Assembly (NCBI GenBank): GCA_034667725.1
Contig: JAXDQS010000004.1
Location: 30,973-94,972, forward strand
From: Thermoplasmata archaeon
GTDB lineage: Archaea; Thermoplasmatota; E2; JACPAO01; JAHFTW01
Direction: 5' to 3'
Length of the DNA stretch: 64,000 bases
Positions within the stretch are counted from its first letter, which is position 1, and every line of letters starts with the position of its first letter. The translations under genes and the position numbers were made by a program. Positions 26,081-34,518 of the stretch are shown here, piece by piece. The notes beneath the pieces were generated by a model. The model was given only the letters and a program-made list of their open reading frames with translations. It made no database searches and was not told where the DNA came from.

Positions 26081-27037
26081 TCAGGTGGACTTCAGCACGC
26101 CGAGCGTCGGCTCGTAGACCAAGCCCTTGTCCATGAGGCGGTTGAGCGCCTCCTCGACCGACTCGGGCGTGATGCCGCCGGTGGACGCCGCGGCCAGGAT
26201 GTCGTCCCAGCGCGCGCCCTTCTGCCCTTCGAGCTTCTGGACCGACGCGAACACCGCGTTGTCCAGCGCCTCCTCGGCGGCCCCCTTCTGGGGGTCCGCC
26301 TTCGGGGCGGGCGTGGGCGGCTTCCAGGCGGGCGTCGGCTCGGGCTCGGCGTCGTCCATGCGCGGCGGCGCCTGCTCGGCGCGGGCCTCGACGCGGTGGA
26401 CGGGCACGGAGCCGCCGCGCAGGTGCTCCAGCGCGGTGCGGACGGCGATGCCGTAGCGGCCGTCGTCGGCCAGGCCGTAGTGCTGCTGCGCGAGCGCCGC
26501 GCCCTCGGCAAGCGGGCGCGGGATGCCCTGCGCCGCAAGCGCGTCGGGGGTCGCGCCGCCGCGGGCCGCCTTGAACGCCTGCAGGCGCTCCTGGGTGCGG
26601 CGGGCGGTGTCGAGGATCCACTGGTCGCGGGTCTGCTCGTCGACGACGGCGATGGTCTCGGGGCGGATCGACACGAACACCGAGCCGGGCTCGGGCTCGT
26701 AGGTGCGCGCCTTGCCGGTGATGGCGACGAACTGCGGCGGCTGGAGCTGCGAGATGGCCTGCGCCGCCTCGGGCTGGTAGTTGCCGGCGTACACGGTGAA
26801 GACGCCGGTGGGGTCGCTGACGCGGGCACGCCAGACCTCGCCGGACTCGCCGACGGGCTCGACGTCGGTGCAGACGCCGACGACGTGGATGCGGTTCACC
26901 TTGGCGCCGAGCGGGGTCACGAGGAAGCTCGGGTCCTTCTCGCCGGCGCCGGGGATCTGGACGCGGCTGGCGTTGAACTCCTGGGCGAAGGCGCGGTGGG
27001 CGACCTCGCGCTGGATGCGGCGGGGGGCTTCGTCCAT
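26081..27037 (-). CDS. RPA32-like / RPA-associated OB-fold protein with C-terminal winged helix
   Basis: Single OB fold (VHVVGVCTDVEP...VWRARVSDPTG), P/A-rich linker, C-terminal wHTH (ITPESVEEALNRLMDKGLVYEP). Translationally coupled to the upstream RPA gene. Confidence 0.7.
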   Translation of the reverse strand: MDEAPRRIQREVAHRAFAQEFNASRVQIPGAGEKDPSFLVTPLGAKVNRIHVVGVCTDVEPVGESGEVWRARVSDPTGVFTVYAGNYQPEAAQAISQLQPPQFVAITGKARTYEPEPGSVFVSIRPETIAVVDEQTRDQWILDTARRTQERLQAFKAARGGATPDALAAQGIPRPLAEGAALAQQHYGLADDGRYGIAVRTALEHLRGGSVPVHRVEARAEQAPPRMDDAEPEPTPAWKPPTPAPKADPQKGAAEEALDNAVFASVQKLEGQKGARWDDILAAASTGGITPESVEEALNRLMDKGLVYEPTLGVLKST

Positions 27038-28356
27038 CAGGCCACCTCCAGCAGGGCGGCGGCCGCGGCCTTGGCGTCCTCGGCGTGGCGGGCCATCGAC
27101 TGGACGATGTAGGTGACGCCGTACTCGTCGCTCAGGGCGTTGCCGCGCACCGCGAACACGCGGCCGGTGAGCTTGGCCTTGAGCACCTCGAAGGCGAGGT
27201 CAGGGCGCAGCGTCTCCTTCTGGACCTCCTCCAGCGTCTTGCCCAAGAGCTGCTCGGTGACGGCGCGGCCGGCCACCAGGTTGACGGCGCCGGTGCCGTC
27301 GTCCAGGATGGCCTTGAGGCGGACGTCGGGGACGCCCGCGACCTGGTTGTGGATGCGGCACATGCCGGCGGCCAGGACGCGGGTGCAGCCGGCGGTGGAG
27401 CAGCGCTGGACGAGGCCGGAGCCGGGCCGGACCTCCAGGAGCGTGCCGACGACGTGCAGGTCGGAGCCGCCGTTGCGGGCCAGGACCTCGCGGATCGGCA
27501 GGGTGGGGCGCTTGGCCAGGAGCTCGGCCGGCGGCACCTCGGTGGCGGCGGGGCTGATGCGGGCGTCCGTGTCGAAGTTGAGCTGGGCGACCCCGCGGTA
27601 GGCGCGGATGTAGCCGCCCTCGATGGTGACGGCCTGGCCGGCAGCAAGGCCCGGGTCGGCCCAGGCGGTGAACTCGATGCGGCCGGAGGCGTCGGCGAGG
27701 GCGCCGCTCCAGACCGTCTTCTGGGTGCCTTGGACGGTGAGCTGGCGCGGCTGGATGTCGAGGATGCGGGCGGTGACGCGGATGCCGCGGACGCCGTCCT
27801 TCAGGTCGGCGATGGGCATGTCGCGGAACGTGACCGGCGTCTGGGGGAGGTCGGCCTCGTCGAGCTTGGCGACCTTGGTGCGGTCGCCGAAGTTGACCTG
27901 GACCTGGCCGTTGAACGCCTTGGTGTAGGCGCCCTCGACCTGGAGCACGTCGCCCTTCTGGAGGCCTTCGAGCGGGCGCCAGGAGGTGTAGGGGGCGGTG
28001 CCGGTCTCGTCGCCCAGGAGGCCCCAGACGATGTCCTTGGTCTCGCCGCGGGCGGTGACCGCCTTGGTGCTGACCGACAGGAGGCGGACCTTCAGGTTCA
28101 CGAAGGGGCTGGCGGGCGGCAGGCTGGCAAGCGGGACGCGCTCCTGCGACACGGGGGCGGCGGCGCGGGCGGCGGCGGGCTGGACGCCGTGGTGCCGCTC
28201 GATGGTGCGGACGGCCTGGTCGATCGGGACGCCGTACTCCAGGTACTTGGCCAGCTCGTCGCGCAGGTCCTGCTCGTCCACCTCGGCGCCGAGCTTCGTT
28301 CCGAGGGTCTTCTTGAGCGCCGCCAAGTAGGGCGCCAGGTCTGGGGTGGTTTGCAT
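27037..28356 (-). CDS. rpa: Replication protein A large subunit (multiple OB folds plus zinc motif)
   Basis: 439 aa; repeated OB-fold blocks and CSTAGCTRVL..GMCRIH zinc module. Confidence 0.8.
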   Translation of the reverse strand: MQTTPDLAPYLAALKKTLGTKLGAEVDEQDLRDELAKYLEYGVPIDQAVRTIERHHGVQPAAARAAAPVSQERVPLASLPPASPFVNLKVRLLSVSTKAVTARGETKDIVWGLLGDETGTAPYTSWRPLEGLQKGDVLQVEGAYTKAFNGQVQVNFGDRTKVAKLDEADLPQTPVTFRDMPIADLKDGVRGIRVTARILDIQPRQLTVQGTQKTVWSGALADASGRIEFTAWADPGLAAGQAVTIEGGYIRAYRGVAQLNFDTDARISPAATEVPPAELLAKRPTLPIREVLARNGGSDLHVVGTLLEVRPGSGLVQRCSTAGCTRVLAAGMCRIHNQVAGVPDVRLKAILDDGTGAVNLVAGRAVTEQLLGKTLEEVQKETLRPDLAFEVLKAKLTGRVFAVRGNALSDEYGVTYIVQSMARHAEDAKAAAAALLEVA

Positions 28357-28527
28357 GGTTCTGCCTCAAAGCGGCCGGTGGTTGGCGTGGCCGCGGTCGG
28401 TGGATGCGAAGGCCTGGCTTGGTTGGCGGCGTCCAAGCCTGCGCGTGTCCAATTCACTCCATGGGGTCTTCCGGTATGAAGCCCCCGCTGGCAGGGCGAG
28501 TGAAACCGTTGGAGCCGGTGGAGCGGC

Positions 28528-29037
28528 CTAGCGGCTGCGCCGCAGGGCAAGGGCCGCGACGGCCAGGCCCGCCACCAGGAGGGGCAGGGCCACGCCGGGG
28601 GCCCGGCCCTTCGACGACGAGGACAAGGTGTCGTCGTCCAGGCCGGCCTCGTGGTCGACCGTGTCGCCTTGCAGCACGCGGAACACCATCGTGTCGCCCG
28701 AGGGGCTGTCGCGCACCAGGTGGTCGCCGACGTGCGCGGCCATGAGCTGGAACGGCTGCGAGGCCTTGTCCTCGCCGGAGGCGACGGTGATGCTCACCCC
28801 GAAGTCGGCCAGCGTCACGGTGTGCGAGCGCTCGTCGAGCGGGTTGGAGACCGAGACCACGTACCAGTCGCCGACGGTGGCGTTGACGTCGCGCCCGTCC
28901 ACGAAGCCCGCCTCGTCCACGAAGGCCGGGATGGAGCACGGGTGGGCGGACTCGCAGCCGTCGTCCTGGGCGGCGGCGGGCAGGGCAAGCACGGCGAAGA
29001 CGAAAACCGAAGCGAGGACGGGAAGCTGGACGCGCAT
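28528..29037 (-). CDS. Secreted beta-sandwich protein with C-terminal TM/basic anchor
   Basis: Signal peptide ...ALPAAAQ; end APGVALPLLVAGLAVAALALRRSR. Confidence 0.5.
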   Translation of the reverse strand: MRVQLPVLASVFVFAVLALPAAAQDDGCESAHPCSIPAFVDEAGFVDGRDVNATVGDWYVVSVSNPLDERSHTVTLADFGVSITVASGEDKASQPFQLMAAHVGDHLVRDSPSGDTMVFRVLQGDTVDHEAGLDDDTLSSSSKGRAPGVALPLLVAGLAVAALALRRSR

Positions 29038-29080
29038 GGGGTCACCGGGAACCAGGGGAGGAAGGGAAAGAGGTCACGGT

Positions 29081-29866
29081 CTAGCGCGGCGGGCGCCCGC
29101 CCGACGGCCGGCCTGTCTCGGAGGGACGGCCGCCGTGGTCGGGGCGGCCCTCGGGGTGGTCCGGCGCGGGGCGCACCGGCTCCTCCGCGTAGTGCGCCTC
29201 GATGCGGGCAACATGGGCCGTCATCTCGTCGAGATGGGCCAGGATGCGGGCCTCGAGCGACTCCAGCCGGTCGAGCTGGGCCTCCAGGCGAGCCAGGCGC
29301 TCGGCGCTGGTGCCGTTGGCCTCCATCTGGGCCGTGAGGTCCGCGACGCGGGCGTCGATGCGCTCCAGCAGCATGACCATGCTCTCCATCATGCGGACCT
29401 CGGCGTGGACGCGGCGGGCCGCGCGCATGTCGGGCGCGTGCGGGTCGCCGGGCCCGTGGCGGCAGCCCTCGCCCAGCCGGAGGCCGGGGCGGTGGGTACC
29501 GTTGCCGGTGCCGTTGGCGGGCGCGGCGGCCGGGCGGTGCGGGCACGGCGGCGGCGGGCAGGGCATCGGGCGGCCGACGGGGGCGTGGGTCCGGTTGCCG
29601 GTGGGGTTGCCGGCCAGCGGGCGGCCGGGGTGGGGACCGCAGGGCAGCACGCAGGGCCGCACCGGGGGCACGCGGGTCGTCCTGTTGGCCGACCGCGGGG
29701 GCGGCGGCGGGCAGTGGTGGGGCGGCGGGCACGGGCGGGCCGTGGCGTTGTCCGAGGGGGACGGGCAGGCCGGGGACGGCGACGAGGCCTGGGCCCCGAT
29801 GCTGGGCACAGCCGCGAAGGCGGCGCCGAGGACCAGGACGAGGGTCAGCACGAGGGTGGTGCGCAT
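29081..29866 (-). CDS. Secreted Cys/His/Pro-rich protein with C-terminal coiled coil
   Basis: From the internal Met of track ORF 29081-30310. Signal peptide MRTTLVLTLVLVLGAAFAA; CPPPHHCPPPPP, CVLPCGPHP, PCPPPPCPH; N-x-T sequons; heptads LLERIDARVADL...LEAQLDRLESLEARI. Confidence 0.45.
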   Translation of the reverse strand: MRTTLVLTLVLVLGAAFAAVPSIGAQASSPSPACPSPSDNATARPCPPPHHCPPPPPRSANRTTRVPPVRPCVLPCGPHPGRPLAGNPTGNRTHAPVGRPMPCPPPPCPHRPAAAPANGTGNGTHRPGLRLGEGCRHGPGDPHAPDMRAARRVHAEVRMMESMVMLLERIDARVADLTAQMEANGTSAERLARLEAQLDRLESLEARILAHLDEMTAHVARIEAHYAEEPVRPAPDHPEGRPDHGGRPSETGRPSGGRPPR

Positions 29867-29906
29867 GGAATGTCCTCCAGGACAGCACGCCAGGCAGCGC
29901 GGCGGT

Positions 29907-29936
29907 AGATAAAGCGCCCCGCACAAGCCTCGAACG
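29907..29936 (-). promoter_or_regulatory. TATA box plus conserved upstream element shared with 30601-30631
   Basis: Coding strand CGTTCGAGGCTTGTGCGGGGCGCTTTATCT. The leader carries GGAGGA (29873-29878) before ATG 29866. Confidence 0.45.
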
Positions 29937-30002
29937 TTCCCGAACAAAAGCGAAGGAAGGAGGGAGAAGGAGGGAGGAAAAGGATGGAGAGGGAGCCTGC
30001 GC

Positions 30003-30557
30003 CTAGGTGGAGGTCGCGGACTCGGTGGCCGAACTGGACGAGGCGGCGTCGCCGCGGGCCGCGCGGCGCTCCTCGACGTGGTCGCGGACCTCTTCCCACT
30101 TCGCCTTGAGCTTCTCCAGCTTCTCCTGGAGCTTGGCGATGCGCTCCTCGACGTGGGCGGCGCGGTCCTCGAGCTTCTCGATGCGGTCCTGAATCTTCTC
30201 GGCGGTCTCGTTGCCGGTGAAGTTGCCGGCGGCCAGCTTGGCCTCCAGGCGGTCGATGCGCTGCTCGATGCGCTCCAGGAGACGCTCATGGGCCTCGATG
30301 GCGCGCACAAGGGCGTGGGCCTCGCGACGCGCCTTGATGGCCTTCTTGGCCATCTCGCACCGCTTCTCCAACGTCGTGTTGTCGTCGGCGCCGGCGCACT
30401 TCTCGCGCGCCTTCTCGCGGGCCTCCAGGGCCTTCTCGCGGCGCTCGTCCGCGCGGTCGCCGCCCTTGCCGTCGCCAGGCTTCGCGTTCACGGTGGCCAG
30501 GCCGGCCGCGGCAAGCAGGGCGACCGCGGCGATGGCCAGGATGGGTTTGATGTTCAT
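30003..30557 (-). CDS. Secreted coiled-coil protein
   Basis: Signal peptide MNIKPILAIAAVALLAAAGLA; charged heptads (LLERIEQRIDRLEAKL, IEKLEDRAAHVEERIAKLQEKLEKLKAKWEE). Confidence 0.5.
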   Translation of the reverse strand: MNIKPILAIAAVALLAAAGLATVNAKPGDGKGGDRADERREKALEAREKAREKCAGADDNTTLEKRCEMAKKAIKARREAHALVRAIEAHERLLERIEQRIDRLEAKLAAGNFTGNETAEKIQDRIEKLEDRAAHVEERIAKLQEKLEKLKAKWEEVRDHVEERRAARGDAASSSSATESATST

Positions 30558-30600
30558 GCGGGGTGGTCCTCCAAGGACAGCCCCTGCTGGCCACTCAGAG

Positions 30601-30631
30601 AATATAAGGCGCGCCGCACAAGCCTTGAACG
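30601..30631 (-). promoter_or_regulatory. TATA box plus conserved upstream element shared with 29907-29936
   Basis: Coding strand CGTTCAAGGCTTGTGCGGCGCGCCTTATATT. The leader carries GGAGGA (30567-30572). Confidence 0.45.
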
Positions 30632-30651
30632 ATGACGCCCGAGGGCGGCCT

Positions 30652-31059
30652 TCAGGCCTTCTTCTGGTCCGTCAGGTTGGCGAAGTGGTCGCCGACGGGC
30701 TTGCTGCCGGCCTTGGCGACCTTCAGGTTGACCTGGACGATCTCGTTGGAGACGCGGTTGCCGCGCACCGACTGGCGCTTGCGCTTGCCAGGGTAGTCCG
30801 TCGGGTGGTAGCCGATGCCCTCGGTCAGCAGGAGGCGGCGGCGCACGGTGCCCTCGAAGTCGCCGCGCATGGGGAAGCCGGCCTTGTCGGAGCCGCCGGT
30901 GATCTGGAGCTTGTAGCCCGGCAGGTTGGCGTTGATGCCGTCCACCTGGTCGCCGATCTTCTTGCCGAGGAAGTTCTGGGCGTGGTGGCCGGTCACTTCG
31001 AAGTTGAAGGACTTGCCAGTGGCGGGGTCGTTGATGACGAGCTTGAAGGTCGTGGCCAT
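30652..31059 (-). CDS. rps6e: 30S ribosomal protein S6e
   Basis: FKLVINDPATGKSF..., GGSDKAGFPMRGD, RRRLLLTEG. Archaeal/eukaryotic-only ribosomal protein. ATG at Met4 of the track ORF. Confidence 0.95.
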   Translation of the reverse strand: MATTFKLVINDPATGKSFNFEVTGHHAQNFLGKKIGDQVDGINANLPGYKLQITGGSDKAGFPMRGDFEGTVRRRLLLTEGIGYHPTDYPGKRKRQSVRGNRVSNEIVQVNLKVAKAGSKPVGDHFANLTDQKKA

Positions 31060-31066
31060 GGGGTTC

Positions 31067-31128
31067 ACCTGTCCCGGGTATCCCGAGGCGTTGCGGCCTC
31101 AGTGCACCATGGGGCGTCCGGGACAGGT
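31067..31128 (-). promoter_or_regulatory. 5' leader hairpin of rps6e: perfect 11-bp inverted repeat that covers the AGGTGA ribosome-binding motif
   Basis: ACCTGTCCCGG (31067-31077) and CCGGGACAGGT (31118-31128), 40-nt spacer. TTTATA box at 31146-31151 places the transcription start near the distal arm. Confidence 0.45.
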
Positions 31129-31177
31129 TCGCGACAGGGGAGGCGTATAAATCCGTGATGGCGAGGGGCCGGCCACC

Positions 31178-31327
31178 CTACTCCTGGAACGACGTGCACG
31201 CGCAGCCCTTGACCTTGCAGGCGCCTTCGCCCCAGCGGCCACGTCGGCCGGGCCCGATGAAGTGGCCTTCCCGGCCTTGCCCCGTCTTGGGGTGGCCGCA
31301 GCCGGGACGCCGGCAATGCTCTGGCAC
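31178..31327 (-). CDS. Candidate 49-aa Cys/His-rich small protein (below the ORF-track size cutoff)
   Basis: Hand translation: (GTG)PEHCRRPGCGHPKTGQGREGHFIGPGRRGRWGEGACKVKGCACTSFQE*. C-x4-C-x-H and C-x4-C-x-C spacing; high third-position GC; same strand as both neighbours. Confidence 0.3.
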   Translation of the reverse strand: MPEHCRRPGCGHPKTGQGREGHFIGPGRRGRWGEGACKVKGCACTSFQE

Positions 31328-31476
31328 CGGCCTTCGGCTCAACCCCGCCGGCAGAAAAGAGGGGAAAGGGGCCTTTCCTGTGAATCAGGTGCAGGCCGGG
31401 CCCCGCCGGCCCCGCCTGGCGATGCCAGCTTGGCGTGCGGGGGCCGGCGGCGGGCCGGAGGGAGGCCGCGGCGAGG

Positions 31477-32130
31477 CTACCGGGTCACTTCCATGCCGCG
31501 AATCTCCTCCATGAGCTCGGGCTTGCGCTCTTGCGCGCGCAGCGCGAGCTCCTCCAGCCGCGGGATGCCAAGCACGCGCTTGGCCTGCGGGAACATCTCC
31601 TTTTCCTCCTCCTCGGCGTGGTGCTCGATCTGCTCCTTGAGGACCATGGCTTGGCCGAGGAACTCCTCGGTGGCGACGTCGCCGCCGCGCATCTTCTCGA
31701 GGAGATGCTCGACGCTGGCGTGCTCCTCGCGCGCCTCGTAGAACAGGACGCGGCCCTTCTCGGTGCCGACGGCTTGCTTGAAGGCGGGGTAGAACACCTC
31801 CTCCTCCAGCTTGGCGTGCACCATGACCTCGGTGTAGATCTCCTGGAACAGCTCCTCGCGGCCGTAGCCTTCGGCGTTCTCCAGGCGCTTCAGGAGCTTG
31901 CGGACCTTCTCGTGGTCCTGGAACAGCATCCCCAGGATGCCGGGGTAGGTGGACGAGCCGGTGCGCTTGATGCCGCGGCCGCCGGTGCGGCCGGCGACCT
32001 TGCGGATGCCGGCGGTCTTGCGGCCGGCGGTGGCGCCGCGGCGGACGGGGGCCTTGCGGCCGATGGTCTTGCGGCCCACGGCCTTGCGGCTGGCGGTGCG
32101 GGTGGTCTTGCGGGAGTTGCGTGCAGGCAT
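31477..32130 (-). CDS. Hemerythrin HHE cation-binding domain protein with about 60-aa basic GRK-repeat N-terminal tail
   Basis: HHE-type helices (FQDHEKV, HAKLEEEVFYP, EEHASVEHLL, IEHHAEEEEKEMF); N-terminus RKAVGRKTIGRKAPVRRGATAGRKTAGIRKVAGRTGGRGIKR. Confidence 0.8.
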   Translation of the reverse strand: MPARNSRKTTRTASRKAVGRKTIGRKAPVRRGATAGRKTAGIRKVAGRTGGRGIKRTGSSTYPGILGMLFQDHEKVRKLLKRLENAEGYGREELFQEIYTEVMVHAKLEEEVFYPAFKQAVGTEKGRVLFYEAREEHASVEHLLEKMRGGDVATEEFLGQAMVLKEQIEHHAEEEEKEMFPQAKRVLGIPRLEELALRAQERKPELMEEIRGMEVTR

Positions 32131-32194
32131 GGCGGGTGACCCGGGCGCCTACAACGGCGTGGGCGCAAGAACCGCCGCCGTCGCGGCAACCGGG

Positions 32195-33268
32195 CTAGGG
32201 GAGGCGGCGGCGCAGCGCGGCCAGGGCCAGCAGGGCGCCGACGGCGGGGAGCACCAGCACGGCGGGCGCGTCCTTCTCGGTCTCGGCGGCGGGGCGGGTG
32301 CGCAGGTCGCCGCGCGGCAGGCCGCTGCTGCTGGCGTCGTCGAGGGCGTCGAGGACGACCTGGGCCGCGGTGCCGCTGGTCTTGGGCTTGGAGCCCGTGG
32401 TGCTGCTGCTGGAGGAGTTGGGCGTGGGGAACCAGTTGTTGCCGCTGGAGCTGGTGCTGGTGCCCGAGCCGTCCTCGCCGTCGTCGAGGTCCGAGCCCGT
32501 CGTGCCGTCCGAGGAGGTGCCGGTGGTGCCCGCGCCGCTGGAGGTGCTGGACTTGGTCCCGCTGGTGGAGCTGGAGGACGAGCCGGTGGTGGAGGAGCCC
32601 GACGTGCTGGAGGCGCTCGTGGTGGTGGACGAGGAGCTGGAGGTGGTCGAGCCGGAGGGGGGCAGGTGGAAGGTCAGCACCATGGTGGCGGCGCCGGAGC
32701 CGTCCTCGCTGAAGGTGATGCGGTCCTTGGAGGAGGACACGGTGGCGCCGGGCGGGAAGCCCGCGGTGCCGTCGATGATCCAGCCGGCGGGGGCGCGCAG
32801 CACCTGGACGGCGCTGTTGGGCTCGGGGTCCGCGTTCGGGACGTACAGCTTGTGCTCGGAGGCCGAGGCGGCCGGCGGGAAGGTGAGGGTGCGGGTGAGC
32901 GTGAGGTCGATGGGCGAGGTGGCGCCGACGAGGCCGGCCAGGCCGGTGAGGACCGTGACCGTCATGGTGCCGCTGGTGGCGCTGACGTTGTCGACGCGGG
33001 GCTCGGTGGCGCCGACGCCGCTGCCGTAGCTCTCAATGAGGCCCTTGAACCAGGTCTCCTCGGTCGTCGACACGGTGCCGTCGTTGTCGGTGTCCACGGC
33101 GTCGCGCAGGTCGTGGGCGTCGGAGTTGGTGTAGCGGCCGGCCACGGCGTACTCGAGGTGCTCGAGGTCGCTGAACTTCAGGTCGCGGGAGACGGGCACG
33201 ACGTCGGCGTTGAGCGCCGGCGCCAACAGGGTGGCGGCAAGCAGGAGCGCAGCGGACAGGCGAAGCAT
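32195..33268 (-). CDS. Secreted Ser/Thr-rich surface protein with Ca-binding-like DTDNDGTVS loop and C-terminal TM/basic anchor
   Basis: Signal peptide, about 100-aa S/T/G low-complexity region, end PAVLVLPAVGALLALAALRRRLP. Confidence 0.55.
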   Translation of the reverse strand: MLRLSAALLLAATLLAPALNADVVPVSRDLKFSDLEHLEYAVAGRYTNSDAHDLRDAVDTDNDGTVSTTEETWFKGLIESYGSGVGATEPRVDNVSATSGTMTVTVLTGLAGLVGATSPIDLTLTRTLTFPPAASASEHKLYVPNADPEPNSAVQVLRAPAGWIIDGTAGFPPGATVSSSKDRITFSEDGSGAATMVLTFHLPPSGSTTSSSSSTTTSASSTSGSSTTGSSSSSTSGTKSSTSSGAGTTGTSSDGTTGSDLDDGEDGSGTSTSSSGNNWFPTPNSSSSSTTGSKPKTSGTAAQVVLDALDDASSSGLPRGDLRTRPAAETEKDAPAVLVLPAVGALLALAALRRRLP

Positions 33269-33336
33269 GGCCTACGGCCAGTCCCGGAGGGGGACTTGAA
33301 GCTTGGCAGGGGCCGGGTGTTGCGTTGCCAGTTCGG

Positions 33337-33942
33337 CTAGACGTGGGCCCGGGGCGGGACGCCGACGGCCAGGCGCTCCTCGACGCACTCGGCCACTTCC
33401 TGCCAATCCTTGACGCGCACCGGGTTGGTGTGCGCCGGGACGTCCCGGTTGTACGGGTGGTCCATCAGGATGGCGAAGGTGCCGTCGGCGGCGGCCATCA
33501 GCACGTTGTGCGGCGCGTCGTCCACCAGGATGTCCCAGCCGACCTTCAGGCGCTGCTCCATCACGAGGTTGTCGTGCGGGATGCCGTGGGTCGCAAGGAA
33601 GTGCCGGGTGGCGGCCTCGGCGTGCAGGCCGCGGGCGGTCACCACGTCGACCTGGTGGCCTTCCGCCTGCCACTTGGCCATGACGCCGGCGGCCAGGCGG
33701 TCGCGCGGCGGCTCGCTGTGCAGCAGGGGGTCGGTCTCGATGTCGCGCATCAGACCGTACACCTTGCTCGGCGGCAGGTCCGCCTCCTGGACTGCCTTGT
33801 AGCGGTAGAAGTCCCAGTGGCGGAAGCCTTCCGCGTTCAGGTCGATGCCGTATCGGTCCCGGAATCCACGCAGGATGTAGGGGACATGGTCAAAGAGGAC
33901 GCCGTCGAAATCGACGGCGATCCGGAGTCGTTGTGTCTGCAT
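33337..33942 (-). CDS. HAD-superfamily 5'(3')-deoxyribonucleotidase-like phosphatase
   Basis: IAVDFDGVLFD (DxDxV motif I), VVTAR (motif II), ILVDDAPHN (motif IV). Confidence 0.65.
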   Translation of the reverse strand: MQTQRLRIAVDFDGVLFDHVPYILRGFRDRYGIDLNAEGFRHWDFYRYKAVQEADLPPSKVYGLMRDIETDPLLHSEPPRDRLAAGVMAKWQAEGHQVDVVTARGLHAEAATRHFLATHGIPHDNLVMEQRLKVGWDILVDDAPHNVLMAAADGTFAILMDHPYNRDVPAHTNPVRVKDWQEVAECVEERLAVGVPPRAHV

Positions 33943-34086
33943 TTGCCCTAGGCATTGGTCGCGCAGGTGGGATAACCCCTTGCGCAGGAAGTCGCTATTG
34001 TCGAACCGCGGCCTACAGACTTTCCGGATCGGGCCGATGCCTACGCGTTTTTGCAGGTGCCGCTGCGGGCTTGCCCACTGAAGCCT

Positions 34087-34518
34087 TCAGCGGCTCGGAA
34101 TCTGCTCTTTGACCTTCCGCCCGGTGTCGAACGCCTTGCCCAGCCGCTCCTCCAGGTACTTGGCGCAGAACGCCTCCAGCTCGGCCGGCAGGGTGTGCTC
34201 CATGTCGCAGGCCGCCTCGTGCGCCTTCTGGTGGTCCATGCCGCAGGCCTCCTGCAGGAACGCCTGCATGATGCGGTGCTTCTCCAGCTGCCGCCGCCCG
34301 ACCGTGCGCCCCGACTCCGTGAGCGTCACGCCCTTGTACGGCTCGTACTCGACCAGGCCCGCCTTCTCGAGCTTCTGGATCATGTCCGTGACCGACGGCG
34401 GCGCGACCTTGAGGTGGCCGGCGATCTCGCCCGTGCGCGCGGCCTTGCCTTCCTCCTCCAGCCGGTAGATGGTCTCCAGATACTCCTGCATCTGCTCGGA
34501 GACTGGTTTCGCGGTCAT
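34087..34518 (-). CDS. DtxR/MntR family metal-dependent repressor
   Basis: Last 143 aa of track ORF 34087-34938: QEYLETIYRLEEEGKAARTGEIAGHLKVAPPSVTDMIQKLEKAGLV, HRIMQAFL. Confidence 0.85.
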   Translation of the reverse strand: MTAKPVSEQMQEYLETIYRLEEEGKAARTGEIAGHLKVAPPSVTDMIQKLEKAGLVEYEPYKGVTLTESGRTVGRRQLEKHRIMQAFLQEACGMDHQKAHEAACDMEHTLPAELEAFCAKYLEERLGKAFDTGRKVKEQIPSR

